A stretch of 64,000 nt of DNA from Candidatus Omnitrophota bacterium (GCA_015228785.1 JADGCU010000002.1:16509-80508); one strand, 5' to 3'; shown: positions 9,399 to 19,565, counted from the first letter of the stretch. Notes: generated by a model from the letters alone, not told the origin. Translations and numbers: made by a program.

Positions 9399-9477
9399 CG
9401 TTCGCCAAGCTATGTGCTGGCGAGATCACGCTTAGGCCGTTGGTCTCAGCGGGTGTTTAAAACAAGTGGAGTAGAAT

Positions 9478-9951
9478 ATGGCAGGTCAGGTTTATCTTAC
9501 GCGGGAAGGATATAATAAGCTCGCGGATCATTTGGAGTTCTTGAAGACAAAGGAACGTCAGCGCATTGCGCGTGCGATCGGGGAGGCGCGTGCGCAGGGG
9601 GATATTTCGGAGAATGCGGAATACGATGCGGCCAAGGATGCGCAGGCGCATAATGAGGCCCGGATCAATGAGGTGGAAGGCAAGCTCGTCGATGTCTGTT
9701 TTATTGAAGATATGAACATTCCTTCTGATAAGATCTTTATCGGTGCCAAGGTGCTTTTGAGGGACCTTGATATGAAGAAGGATGTTCGTTATATGCTGGT
9801 TTCATCTGAAGAGGCGGAGTTCGGGGAAGACCGTTTGTCTGTCTTCTCGCCGATTGGCCAGGGACTTCTCAAACACAAGGTTGGCGATGAGGTCACCATT
9901 ACCGTTCCTGCCGGGACTAAGTGTTTTAAGGTTCTTGATATTAAAAGGTAA
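9478..9951 (+). CDS. greA: Transcription elongation factor GreA
   Basis: LTREGY, GDISENAEYDAAK and SPIGQGLL. Confidence 0.97.
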   Translation: MAGQVYLTREGYNKLADHLEFLKTKERQRIARAIGEARAQGDISENAEYDAAKDAQAHNEARINEVEGKLVDVCFIEDMNIPSDKIFIGAKVLLRDLDMKKDVRYMLVSSEEAEFGEDRLSVFSPIGQGLLKHKVGDEVTITVPAGTKCFKVLDIKR

Positions 9952-9981
9952 TTGATAAGAAGAAAAGTTTGAAAAATATGT

Positions 9982-10018
9982 ACCCCGGGCATTCTTTCGA
10001 GAGTGTCCGGGGTTTTTT
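9982..10018. terminator. Terminator hairpin between convergent greA and the GT-C gene
   Basis: ACCCCGGGCATTCT-TTCG-AGAGTGTCCGGGGT followed by a T-run. Confidence 0.75.
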
Positions 10019-10068
10019 AATGAGGGAGCACTATTGTTTGGTAGCTTATTTAGCAAGCGGGGTGCTTA

Positions 10069-11397
10069 TTAAAGGATCGCGAGAAAGATCCAGAAGAGTA
10101 TTGTCGGGATGATCGCGAAAAGAATTCTGTTCATTGTCATGCTGAGCCACCAGACGATCTCAAAGAAGGTGTTTATCCAGTAGACGCCGAAAATAACCGC
10201 GAGATATGTCATAAGGATCACGGGGATGATCCATCGCCCTGCGGTGAGAGATCTCCGCCAGCTTAAGAGAAGCCCTCCTGCTGCAAGAAGCCATAGCCCG
10301 TTCCATTTGGGGGTGATAATTTCTTTACTAAAGAAGACAAAGACTGCGGCGAGTCGTTCTAGGCTTGTTGGTTTTTGCGAAGATGTGAGTCCGTTGATCA
10401 GGGTATGGCTATTGGGAGCAAAGAAGATTTGGAAGATGCCGCTGACCATGAAGGCGAGTATGGTCGTCATCATGAGTGACCAGGCGAAGGGCGTAAGCCT
10501 TTTGCGGTGCTCCTTGTGGATGAGGAGAGCAAGACTGAGCCCGCTTAGGGTGATGATGGAAAGGACGAGCCCTTCGCTCTTTGTGAAACTTAAGAATCCC
10601 AGGGCGATTAGGGCAATCTTGAGAAAGCCGCTGTCTGGGCGTTGTAGGTATAGAAAAAAGGAGACGATCCCCAAGAGAAAGAATGTGCCGACTAGAAGGT
10701 CGCTGTATTGGCTTGAGGCAAGCTGGATGTTAAAAAAGATCGACAAGAGCCACGCCGGTGCCAGGATGGCGAGGAATCTGTTTGTGAGCTCTTTGAGCGA
10801 GAAAAAGAGAATCCCGGCCGAGAGGAAGGTAATGAGGCATGATATAAAAAGAGGCACATTCGGTTCCGGCGAAGAGCCAAAAGACCAGAGCCAGGTGTTT
10901 ATTAAGGGAAGCATGAGAGGGTAGGCGGTATTGCTGCGCCACAGGACGGGGTCAAACATGTTTCGCCAGGAGTCGCCACCCATGAAAAGCATCCGTGCTT
11001 TGAGATTCCAGCATGACCAGGCATCCCATCCGCCGTAAGGAAAAAGCTGGGCGTGGAGAAAGACGGGGATGATCAAGAGCCCAAGGATCGCAAGGGCAGC
11101 GCCATCTTGGAGGGTGATCTCCTTCCAGGGCAGGAGCGGATCTTTGGGGGAAGATGTACGTAAAGCGCAAAAGGCTAATGCGATGAGAGCAAGGATATTG
11201 AGGCTTATGATGTAGGGGGCAATCAGACGGTTAAAAAAGAGAAAACTGGTGAAGGTGAGTTGAGCGCTCAGGGCAAGTCCGAACAGAAATCCAGTTAGGA
11301 TCATCCATGCGAGTTTTGGTCGTCCAGGGCCAAGGAGCAGGCGAAGAAGACAGTAGCCTTGAGCCAGGGATATAAGGGCACCCAGGAAATATGTCAT
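10069..11397 (-). CDS. Multi-TM GT-C fold glycosyltransferase-like protein (ArnT/PMT-like)
   Basis: Many TM segments; WDAWSCWNLKAR loop, YPLMLP and TKSEG motifs. Confidence 0.6.
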   Translation of the reverse strand: MTYFLGALISLAQGYCLLRLLLGPGRPKLAWMILTGFLFGLALSAQLTFTSFLFFNRLIAPYIISLNILALIALAFCALRTSSPKDPLLPWKEITLQDGAALAILGLLIIPVFLHAQLFPYGGWDAWSCWNLKARMLFMGGDSWRNMFDPVLWRSNTAYPLMLPLINTWLWSFGSSPEPNVPLFISCLITFLSAGILFFSLKELTNRFLAILAPAWLLSIFFNIQLASSQYSDLLVGTFFLLGIVSFFLYLQRPDSGFLKIALIALGFLSFTKSEGLVLSIITLSGLSLALLIHKEHRKRLTPFAWSLMMTTILAFMVSGIFQIFFAPNSHTLINGLTSSQKPTSLERLAAVFVFFSKEIITPKWNGLWLLAAGGLLLSWRRSLTAGRWIIPVILMTYLAVIFGVYWINTFFEIVWWLSMTMNRILFAIIPTILFWIFLAIL

Positions 11398-11822
11398 GGC
11401 ATGTCCCTTTCCGCGATGATGATCCCCGTGTTACTGCGTTTGATGGGGCGGATGTTGAATTTCATCATGATATTAGTTGCGTTCCGTTCATCTTGGCAGT
11501 CTAGAATGAGAAAACGATGATTTAAATTGTTCAAATCCAGGATAATAGGTGCCATGCCCAATTGGGTTTGGGCGAATTGCGCGCCGATGTTTTTGTCATC
11601 GATATTACGATCAGAAATATAACCAATGACCCGTTCACCTTTAAAAAGGAACTTGATCATTTCAAATGGTTTTCCAGCAAAGACAAAGGGCTGATTCCGG
11701 CGTTTCGCAGAGAGGATGGTGAGATCATGATATGCTAGAAAAAGTCCTACCAGAATGGCAAGGGCGATGGCCGAGAGGATAATTTTGGATTTCCAAGGAA
11801 GAGGAGTGCGTGTTTGATCCAT
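11394..11822 (-). CDS. Hypothetical membrane-anchored protein
   Basis: N-terminal TM; overlaps the start of the GT-C gene; sigma70-like promoter upstream. Confidence 0.6.
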   Translation of the reverse strand: MDQTRTPLPWKSKIILSAIALAILVGLFLAYHDLTILSAKRRNQPFVFAGKPFEMIKFLFKGERVIGYISDRNIDDKNIGAQFAQTQLGMAPIILDLNNLNHRFLILDCQDERNATNIMMKFNIRPIKRSNTGIIIAERDMP

Positions 11823-11997
11823 AATGACGCCATTGTAAAGACCTCAAGGGTTGTTTTCAATTGAAAAATGATGACAATTAAAAGAAAGACTTAATACAAA
11901 ATAAAATCTTCCTGATTTTCAACGTCGCCTATATAATAAGGGCAATTTTATTCTGCAAAAGAAAGTTATATTTGTAATGGTATAAAGGAGGTTTTCC

Positions 11998-13011
11998 TTG
12001 ATTTCAGTAGGCGTAATCGGTTGTGGTCATTGGGGCCCTAATCATATTCGTGTCTTTTCTCAACTTCCTAATGCCCAGTGTATGATGGCTGCGGATCTTG
12101 ATGAAGGTCGACTCAAGGCCGTGAAGGCGCTCTATCCTTCCGTTGTGACAACAACGTCGTATAAGGATATCCTGGCGAGTAAAGAGATCGAGGCTGTCTG
12201 TATCGCGGCGCCTACAAAACTTCATTTTCAGTTTGCAAAAGAAGCGCTTGAGGCGCGCAAGCATGTTCTGTGTGAGAAGCCGTTGGCGATGCTTCCTGAG
12301 GAATGTCTGGAGCTGGGGGAGATCGCCAAGAAGGCAGGGCGGTTTCTCATGGTTGGGCATGTTTTTCTATTTAACGCAGGTATTCGCTGGGTGAAGGAAT
12401 ATATTGATTCCGGAGAGATGGGGAAGATCTATTACACTCATTCCGAGCGTACGAATCTTGGGCCATTTCGTTATGATGTCAATGCGCTTTGGGATCTCGC
12501 GCCGCATGATATTGCGATCTTTGATTATATTTTGAGTGGGTCCGCGCAGAGCGCTTCCGCACGAGGGCTTAAATGCCTGGGGAACAATCTTGAGGATCTG
12601 GCTTTTGCGACACTTGATTATCCGAGTGGAAATCTGGCCAATATTCATGTGAGTTGGATTGATCCGCGCAAGGTTCGTCAGATCACGATTGTGGGCGAGA
12701 AGAAAATGCTGGTGTGGGATGATCTGGATCCTTTGGGGGCGGTCCGGGTTTATGATAAACACGTCGAGCGTACGACAAAGTTTTATGAGACATACGGCGA
12801 GTTCCAGCTCTTATCACGCGAGGGAGCGATTACGATCCCCAAGATCAGCTCGCAGGAACCTTTGAAAGCGCAGGGGCAGTATTTCATTGATTGTATTGAA
12901 AAAGGATTACCGCCCCAGTTGGCAGATGCGGATAAGGCGGCTTCGGTTGTAAAGACCTTGTGCGCGATTCAAAAGTCTATGGATCATCAGGGGGCTTTGG
13001 CGGTAATTTAA
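11998..13011 (+). CDS. Gfo/Idh/MocA oxidoreductase (WbpB-like nucleotide-sugar dehydrogenase)
   Basis: GVIGCGHWG, HVLCEKP and WDLAPHD; SD AAGGAGG before TTG. Confidence 0.85.
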   Translation: MISVGVIGCGHWGPNHIRVFSQLPNAQCMMAADLDEGRLKAVKALYPSVVTTTSYKDILASKEIEAVCIAAPTKLHFQFAKEALEARKHVLCEKPLAMLPEECLELGEIAKKAGRFLMVGHVFLFNAGIRWVKEYIDSGEMGKIYYTHSERTNLGPFRYDVNALWDLAPHDIAIFDYILSGSAQSASARGLKCLGNNLEDLAFATLDYPSGNLANIHVSWIDPRKVRQITIVGEKKMLVWDDLDPLGAVRVYDKHVERTTKFYETYGEFQLLSREGAITIPKISSQEPLKAQGQYFIDCIEKGLPPQLADADKAASVVKTLCAIQKSMDHQGALAVI

Positions 13012-13013
13012 AG

Positions 13014-13583
13014 ATGGCTTATTTTAAACACGAAACAGCATTGGTGGATTCTGGTGCGCAGATTGGTGACGGGACGCGGATATGGGCGTTTGTCAACATT
13101 CAAAAAGGTGTTGTGATTGGTAAGAATTGCAATATTTGCGACCATTGTTTTATTGAAAAGAATGTTATTATCGGCGATAAGGTGACGATCAAGAATGGTG
13201 TCTCGGTGTATGAGGGTATTACACTTGAGGAAGGTGTTTTTGTGGGACCTAACGCCACCTTTGTTAACGATCGCTATCCGCGCAGCCGCAATCCCAGTTG
13301 GGAGCTTGAGAAGTCGATTGTGAAGAAGGGCGCTACGATTGGCGCGAACTCGACGATCATGTGCGGGGTCATGGTGGGGTCGTATGCTGTGGTGGGGGCT
13401 GGGGCGGTTGTTGTGACAGATGTGCCAGCGCATGCGATCTTGGTGGGCAATCCTGCGCGTCAGATCGGCTGGGCCGATCAGGATGGAAAGCGCCTTAATG
13501 AACAATTACAGGGTCCTTCTGGCCGGAGATATCACGAGACCCCCAGCGGTCTTCAACTGATTGAAGGTCACGTTCATGGCTAA
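13014..13583 (+). CDS. Hexapeptide-repeat N-acetyltransferase (WbpD/WlbB-like)
   Basis: HETALVD, IGDGTRIW, VFVGPNATFVND and GNPARQIGW. Confidence 0.85.
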   Translation: MAYFKHETALVDSGAQIGDGTRIWAFVNIQKGVVIGKNCNICDHCFIEKNVIIGDKVTIKNGVSVYEGITLEEGVFVGPNATFVNDRYPRSRNPSWELEKSIVKKGATIGANSTIMCGVMVGSYAVVGAGAVVVTDVPAHAILVGNPARQIGWADQDGKRLNEQLQGPSGRRYHETPSGLQLIEGHVHG

Positions 13584-14307
13584 GATTCTTGTCATGGTTC
13601 CTGCCTTTAACGAGCATGTTAAACTAAAGAACACCATCGACCGATTTTTGAAAAGTTCGACTGCTCAGATAGCAGATTATCTGATTGTGGATGATTGTTC
13701 GACCGATGGGACGACCGCGCTTATTAAGAGTTATGAAGTTCGCGGGGTCAAGACGATCCGGCATGAGAAGCGTTCTGGTGTGGGATCTGGTATTCGAAGC
13801 GCCATCACGTACGCCCGTCATAAGGGCTATGAGATTCTTATTGTTATGGCCGGCAATGATAAGGACAATCCGGATGAGATCCCTCATGTTCTAGATCCGA
13901 TTTTGAAAGACGGGTATGATTTCGTTCAGGGTTCCCGCTATAAGGGCAAGGTGGGGACAGGGGGCGACATGCCGTTTTATCGTAAATTAGCTACCCGGAT
14001 GCATCCATTCTTGATGGGCTTGTTTGCCGGTCGCCATTTGACTGATAGTACTAATGGATTTCGGGCATTTAGGCTTTCGATCTTTAATGATTCGAGAATT
14101 AATATTGATCAGGATTGGCTGAATGCTTATGAGCTCGAGCCATATATTTTGTTTAAAGTGATTCGTTTAGGGTATAAGTTTACAGAGGTATTTGTCACAA
14201 AAGTGTATCCGTCGAAGAAATTAGGATATACGAAGATGGCTCCTGTCACTGGGTGGTGGAGTATTCTCAAGCCTGTGTTTTATTTGGGCTTGGGGATAAA
14301 GAAGTGA
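13576..14307 (+). CDS. GT2 glycosyltransferase (polyprenol-phosphate sugar synthase-like)
   Basis: VPAFNE, VDDCSTDGT, VQGSRY and TDSTNGFRA. Confidence 0.85.
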   Translation: MAKILVMVPAFNEHVKLKNTIDRFLKSSTAQIADYLIVDDCSTDGTTALIKSYEVRGVKTIRHEKRSGVGSGIRSAITYARHKGYEILIVMAGNDKDNPDEIPHVLDPILKDGYDFVQGSRYKGKVGTGGDMPFYRKLATRMHPFLMGLFAGRHLTDSTNGFRAFRLSIFNDSRINIDQDWLNAYELEPYILFKVIRLGYKFTEVFVTKVYPSKKLGYTKMAPVTGWWSILKPVFYLGLGIKK

Positions 14308-14313
14308 GAAGAT

Positions 14314-14814
14314 ATGGAGATTCCCGGCCAGGATTTTATCCCGGAGTGTAGTAAGCACAAGTTGGGAAAGAGCTGTAAAGCCTTTACTGCTTTCGAAATG
14401 GTAGCCTGTTTTTTTGTGATAACGTTATTGATTGGCCTCCCAGCCTTGAGGGTCAAAGTGATTCAGGATGAGGCGCGTATTATTAAGGTCAAGGCAGATT
14501 TGAAGGCCATGGCCGTAGCTTTTCAGTTCTACAAGAGGGATCATGGAGGGGTTTGGCCTAGGAATCTGGATGATGATTTTGCTCATTATCAAGTGAAATG
14601 GTTGATTGAGATGCCAAAGGATCCCTTTAATAATCACGATAATTATGCTTATTACAGGAACCCTAGAGGTCATTATATTTTATGGTCTCTCGGGGTTAAA
14701 GGGGATGGCCGTATTATTTCTTTTGATCAAGGTGAGGGCGTTCAGGTTTCTGGGGGAATTATTTGTATGACTGATTATGATCCTGGGAGAGACGCAGGAT
14801 GCATGGTATTTTAA
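14314..14814 (+). CDS. Type II secretion GspG-like pseudopilin / type IV pilin
   Basis: Prepilin-like KA|FTAFEMV with hydrophobic helix; YKRDHG..WP and PKDPF...YAY. Confidence 0.7.
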   Translation: MEIPGQDFIPECSKHKLGKSCKAFTAFEMVACFFVITLLIGLPALRVKVIQDEARIIKVKADLKAMAVAFQFYKRDHGGVWPRNLDDDFAHYQVKWLIEMPKDPFNNHDNYAYYRNPRGHYILWSLGVKGDGRIISFDQGEGVQVSGGIICMTDYDPGRDAGCMVF

Positions 14815-14839
14815 TTTGAATTAAGGAATGGTGGGATTA

Positions 14840-15574
14840 ATGAAGATTTACGGTAAGAATCCAGTGCTCGAGAGGCTCAAGTCGAATCCGCAAAGTATTA
14901 AGCGTATTTTCGTTCAGGCTGGGCATCCGGAGCATAGCTATATTGCTCTCAAAGCGAAGAAGTATGGGATTCCGATTATTGTGAGCCATGCGCATCAATT
15001 GCTCAAGGTGGGCAAGAGCCGTAATACGCAGGGACTTGTCATGGATGTCGAGGATTTTTCTTATAGCAATTATGAGGAACTTCTTGATGTCGCGGTTGAG
15101 CAGGGCTTGATCCTTATTTTTCTTGATGGCCTGATGGATCCTCAGAATTTGGGTGGAATTCTTCGCACGGTTGGAAGTCTTGGGGGATTTGCGGTGATAC
15201 TTCCGACACATGATTCCGTTGAGGTGACTGACACGGTGTTGAGGGTTGCCTGCGGAGGGGAGAATCACACCAAGGTTAGCAAAGTTAACAATCTTAATAA
15301 TGCGCTGGAGAAGGCTAAAGATAAGGGATTTACCATCGCCGGGAGTGTTGTGAAAGACGGTGTCAGTATTTATGATGCTGTTCTTCCTTTTCCTTTGGGG
15401 ATTGTCATTGGTTCTGAAGATAAGGGGATCCGAGATATTGTTCAGCAGAGACTGGATCTAAAATTAACTATACCTATGGCGCAGCCGAGAATGTCGCTGA
15501 ATGCTGCGCACGCAACCACAATTTTCTCTTATGAAGCCATTAAACAAAAGAAGATCCAAAACAAAAAACGCTGA
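14840..15574 (+). CDS. rlmB: 23S rRNA Gm2251 methyltransferase RlmB (SpoU/TrmH family)
   Basis: IYGKNPV, DPQNLGGILRT, IGSEDKGI and SLNAA. Confidence 0.8.
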   Translation: MKIYGKNPVLERLKSNPQSIKRIFVQAGHPEHSYIALKAKKYGIPIIVSHAHQLLKVGKSRNTQGLVMDVEDFSYSNYEELLDVAVEQGLILIFLDGLMDPQNLGGILRTVGSLGGFAVILPTHDSVEVTDTVLRVACGGENHTKVSKVNNLNNALEKAKDKGFTIAGSVVKDGVSIYDAVLPFPLGIVIGSEDKGIRDIVQQRLDLKLTIPMAQPRMSLNAAHATTIFSYEAIKQKKIQNKKR

Positions 15575-16145
15575 AAGCCGCTCGGCACTTGATTTCTTCG
15601 CTGAGGCCGGTCTTCTCAAGCGCGTTAAGCGTAGCGGCTGGTGGGTCGCTGGGATTCCCGACCCGGAGAGCGTTGCTGACCACTGTTTTCGCTGTGCGGT
15701 CATTGGTTTTTATATGGCCCATGAAGAGGGGGCGGATCCCTATCGGGTTCTTGCGATGACACTCTTTAATGATATCCATGAGGCCAGGATCAACGATCTT
15801 CATAAGATGGGGCATTATTATATTGATTTCAAGGCCGCGGAGAAACGTGTTTTCAAGGATCAAGTCGCGCCGCTGACAAGCAAGGTTCGTTTGGCTTTGG
15901 AGGATATTCGTGGCGATTATGACACGCAGAAAACACATGAGGCGATCATTGCGCGTGATGCGGATATTTTGGAATGTCTGGTTCAGGCTAAGGAGTATAT
16001 GGACCATGGCGATAAGGTTGCTGTGAAGTTTCTTCGCCGGGCACCGGGATTTCTGAAGACCAGGACGGCCCAAAAACTTTGGAAGGCCCTTCAGACATGG
16101 GATTCGACCGTTTGGTGGGAAAATGTGGTAAAATTTGAAAGATGA
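15531..16145 (+). CDS. HD-domain 5'-deoxynucleotidase-like protein (YfbR/HDDC2 family)
   Basis: LKRVKRSGW, ESVADH and RDADILE; start uncertain. Confidence 0.75.
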   Translation: MKPLNKRRSKTKNAESRSALDFFAEAGLLKRVKRSGWWVAGIPDPESVADHCFRCAVIGFYMAHEEGADPYRVLAMTLFNDIHEARINDLHKMGHYYIDFKAAEKRVFKDQVAPLTSKVRLALEDIRGDYDTQKTHEAIIARDADILECLVQAKEYMDHGDKVAVKFLRRAPGFLKTRTAQKLWKALQTWDSTVWWENVVKFER

Positions 16146-16969
16146 TTAAACACACAAGGCGCGAGGCGCGAGACTTTATAATCGGGAAAAGGCGTATCTT
16201 TTGGGCACAGCGATGGATTTTATCCTGGGCTCTGTGTGTTGTGCTTTGCGCTTTCTTATCCGGTTGTGCGACGATCAATCCTGCGACGGGGAAGCAGGAA
16301 TTTCTTATTTTGACTACTCCTGCTGAGGTCATGCTTGGTCAGGAGGTCAATGCTTCTCTTCAGGGAAGTGAGAAATTCTCTAAGAATAAGGCGGATTTGA
16401 GACGGCTGTCGAGGATTGGCCAGAAAGTTGTTCAGGTTTCTGATCGGCAGGATTATCAGTATCAGTTTTATCTTATTGATAAAGATGAGATGAATGCTTT
16501 TACTGTTCCGGGCGGGCATGTTTATTTTTATACGGGTCTTCTTCGGGCGCTTCATAGTGATGATGAGGTCGCCGCGGTTCTGGCACATGAGATCGGGCAC
16601 TGTGCGGCGCATCATGTTGCCAAGAAATTCCAGATGTCGTTAGGGTATAATATTATTGGCAGCATGGTCTTTGGGAGCATACAGAACGAATTGGCAGTGC
16701 GTATTGCGAAACTGGGGGCGGATACGCTGATGAATATTGGGATGTCTGCGTACAGTCGTGAAGATGAGTATCAAGCTGACCGGCTGGGGGTTAAGTATAT
16801 GTATCTCGCTGGTTTTGACCCCAACGGCATGATTACAACTTTTGAGGTTCTGGGTAAGGCCTCCAAAGGGGATGACAATGACTGGATGCTGTTGCGATCT
16901 CATCCCAGGTTGAGTGATAGAATTGAGGCTGTTAAGAAAGAGATTGCAGTCGTTCAGACTAAATATTAG
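16142..16969 (+). CDS. M48-family zinc metallopeptidase lipoprotein
   Basis: Lipobox LSGC, NAFTVPGG, HEIGH, YSREDEYQAD and SHP; true start may be downstream. Confidence 0.9.
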   Translation: MIKHTRREARDFIIGKRRIFWAQRWILSWALCVVLCAFLSGCATINPATGKQEFLILTTPAEVMLGQEVNASLQGSEKFSKNKADLRRLSRIGQKVVQVSDRQDYQYQFYLIDKDEMNAFTVPGGHVYFYTGLLRALHSDDEVAAVLAHEIGHCAAHHVAKKFQMSLGYNIIGSMVFGSIQNELAVRIAKLGADTLMNIGMSAYSREDEYQADRLGVKYMYLAGFDPNGMITTFEVLGKASKGDDNDWMLLRSHPRLSDRIEAVKKEIAVVQTKY

Positions 16970-16999
16970 AATTCAGTATTGTAGGAGGATGAAAAGAGG

Positions 17000-17287
17000 A
17001 TGAAAAGGATCGGAATTGCGGCCAGTAAGATGGCTCAGGAGAATATTGCGCTTTATAATTTTTATGTTTTTCTTCTGGCGAGCATTTTTTCTCTTCTTGT
17101 ATTTGTTTTGTCAGGATTTTCTTTGTTGATTGGTTTTATGATTTTATCTTTTGTCAGCAAGGGGTTTGTTGTTTTTGAAGGGCCGACAGGATTCTCCCCG
17201 ACGTTTACGATTTGTATGGCGGCTCTTGCGGTTGTGGTCGGTGTTATGAACATTGTTGCTATCAGCATGAATATCAGGTTGAAATAA
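17000..17287 (+). CDS. Small hypothetical membrane protein
   Basis: 95-aa ORF with two hydrophobic segments and an SD. Confidence 0.6.
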   Translation: MKRIGIAASKMAQENIALYNFYVFLLASIFSLLVFVLSGFSLLIGFMILSFVSKGFVVFEGPTGFSPTFTICMAALAVVVGVMNIVAISMNIRLK

Positions 17288-17289
17288 TT

Positions 17290-19218
17290 ATGTCATTTAC
17301 AGATAAATTTATTGATTCGTTGAAGATTGGGATCTGCCGCACGACTTTTGGCAAAAGGGTGGAATTCGTCTCTGTCAATACGACTTTGGTTGATCTTTTA
17401 CAATATCGTCGGGCTGAATTGATCGGTATGAAGATAGCCGATGTTTTTGCAGACCCTAAGAAGTTCCGGGAGATTTGGACACGACTTCAGGATTCGCCTT
17501 CTCTCGAGGGTGTCGAGGTGGTCCTCAAAAGGAAGAAAGATGGCGATCTGTGGACTGCGATGTCTATTACTGTCGAGAACGATCCGCAGGGGCGGCCGCA
17601 ATATCTTGATATCGTTATTGAGGATATTACGCGGCAGAAAGAAGTCGAGAATGATCTTGTCCGGTCGAAAGAACTCTTCAAGGTGATTTTTGATAATACC
17701 GCTGCGGCGATCACGGTGACTGATCATTCAGAGAAGATCGTGGCATGGAATCCTTTTGCCGAACAGATGCTGGAGATGCGACGGGAAGATCTTTTTAATA
17801 AACCGATCGAATCTTTATATCCTGACGAGGAGTGGCGTAAGTTTAGAAAGCTTAAGATCCGCCAGAAGGGGATTGTTTCGGGGATTGTGACGCAGGTTTA
17901 CAAGAAAGATCGCTCACTTTTGGATGTGGATGCGGCTATTTCCGTTTTGAAGGATGCCGAAGGAAAGGTGATCGGATCTATCGGGATTTTGCGTGACATC
18001 AGCAAGCAAAAGCAAATTCAGGAAATGTTGTTGCAGGCCAAGCTTGCTGCTGAGGAGGCGAATAGTTCTAAGAGTATTTTTCTTGCCAAGATGTCGCATG
18101 AACTCCGTACGCCGATGAATGCGGTTTTAGGGATGCTTGATTTGACGCTGGATACTCAGATGACCGATGAACAGCGGGATAATTTGAAGGTTGCTAAAGA
18201 GGCGGCTTCGAATTTGCTGGGGCTTTTAAATGATATTCTTGATCTTTCTAAAGCTGAGGCCGGAAAGATTTCGATTGAGTCCATTGAGATCAGTCCGCGG
18301 GAAATCATCCGCAGTGTCTGGAAGGGGCTCATGGTGCTGACATCGCATAAGGGAATCGAGTTGCGGTATACTGTTTCTGATGATGTGCCGAATCTCATGA
18401 TGGGTGATCCGGTTCGCCTTCGTCAGGTCGTGATTAATTTGATTAATAATGCGATTAAGTTTACGCATAAGGGTTACGTTGAGATGGGGCTTAAGGTTCT
18501 TTCGAAGAAAGAAGATGAGTGCGAGCTTTTATTCTTTGTGAAAGATACGGGGATCGGGATTCCCAAAGACAAGATAGGGTTTTTATTCGAGTTGTTTACT
18601 CAGGTCGATGCGGGGACTGCTCGTCGTTATGGCGGGACAGGGTTGGGTCTGGCGATTTCGAAGAAACTGGTCGAAATGATGGGGGGGCGTATTTGGGTTG
18701 AAAGTGACGAAGGAAAGGGCAGCACGTTTAATTTTGTTCTAACGTTACCTATCAGCAAAAGAGTGCCGGGAGGATCTTCTGGCGAGGGGGCGGTTGGCTT
18801 GGGAGATGTGCTGGCAACAGGTGATGGGTTGGGTAGGATCCGGATCCTGCTTGCGGAAGATAATGTTGTGAATCAGAAGGTAGCCTCTCGCACCCTTGAA
18901 AAGCGTGGTTGGGAGGTTGTCATAGCGAATAACGGGCACGAGGCGATTGATCTTTTGGGGAAGAGTCATTTTGATGTGGTTCTTATGGATGATCATATGC
19001 CTGAGATGACCGGGATTGAGGCAACCGCTATGATTCGAAATGAGGAGAAACAGACGGGTCTTCATGTGCCGATCATTGCGATGACCGCGAATGCGATGTC
19101 AGGCGATCGGGAAAAGTATTTATCTTTGGGTATGGATGAGTATATTTCAAAGCCCTTTGATCGGGCGGTTTTGTTTCAGACTATTATTAATCTTGTACAG
19201 CAAAGGAAGTCTTCATGA
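17290..19218 (+). CDS. PAS-PAS hybrid sensor histidine kinase with receiver domain
   Basis: H-box SHELRTPMN, NLINNAIKFT, DTGIG, GGTGLGL; receiver LLAEDN...DHMPEMTG. Confidence 0.93.
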   Translation: MSFTDKFIDSLKIGICRTTFGKRVEFVSVNTTLVDLLQYRRAELIGMKIADVFADPKKFREIWTRLQDSPSLEGVEVVLKRKKDGDLWTAMSITVENDPQGRPQYLDIVIEDITRQKEVENDLVRSKELFKVIFDNTAAAITVTDHSEKIVAWNPFAEQMLEMRREDLFNKPIESLYPDEEWRKFRKLKIRQKGIVSGIVTQVYKKDRSLLDVDAAISVLKDAEGKVIGSIGILRDISKQKQIQEMLLQAKLAAEEANSSKSIFLAKMSHELRTPMNAVLGMLDLTLDTQMTDEQRDNLKVAKEAASNLLGLLNDILDLSKAEAGKISIESIEISPREIIRSVWKGLMVLTSHKGIELRYTVSDDVPNLMMGDPVRLRQVVINLINNAIKFTHKGYVEMGLKVLSKKEDECELLFFVKDTGIGIPKDKIGFLFELFTQVDAGTARRYGGTGLGLAISKKLVEMMGGRIWVESDEGKGSTFNFVLTLPISKRVPGGSSGEGAVGLGDVLATGDGLGRIRILLAEDNVVNQKVASRTLEKRGWEVVIANNGHEAIDLLGKSHFDVVLMDDHMPEMTGIEATAMIRNEEKQTGLHVPIIAMTANAMSGDREKYLSLGMDEYISKPFDRAVLFQTIINLVQQRKSS

Positions 19219-19565
19219 GTGAAATCATTGATGTGAAAGATGCGTTGGAGCGTGTTCAGGATGACAAAGATCTTTTGTTGGAATTGTTTGATATTTTCCA
19301 GGAAGACTTTCCGGGGAAGCGCAATGCATTTCGGCAGGCCATGGAGATGGGGAATGTGGTGACGTTTCAACAGATCGCTCATGGGTTAAAAGGGGCAACA
19401 GGCAATATTTCGGCGAAGCAGATGCACGAGAATTGTACAGAGCTTGATCGTTTAGGGAAAAACAGCAATCTTGCGGGAGCGAAGGAGCGGCTTGATCTTT
19501 TGGATAAGCAGTATGGCGAGTTTCAGGCAGAAGCCTTGCGCCTTAAGAAAGAGTTCGGGAAATAA
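19215..19565 (+). CDS. Hpt phosphotransfer protein
   Basis: AHGLKGATGNI motif; coupled to the hybrid kinase. Confidence 0.9.
   Translation: MSEIIDVKDALERVQDDKDLLLELFDIFQEDFPGKRNAFRQAMEMGNVVTFQQIAHGLKGATGNISAKQMHENCTELDRLGKNSNLAGAKERLDLLDKQYGEFQAEALRLKKEFGK

Noticed and set aside
9345-9460. Possible CRISPR array or tRNA
   Set aside because: No regularly spaced identical repeats with spacers, no cas genes, and no cloverleaf or T-loop consensus.
10226-10924. Long antisense ORFs (this one, plus 25314..26048, 36726..37511, 38507..39256 and 47319..48203)
   Set aside because: They shadow well-supported genes on the opposite strand and have no motifs.
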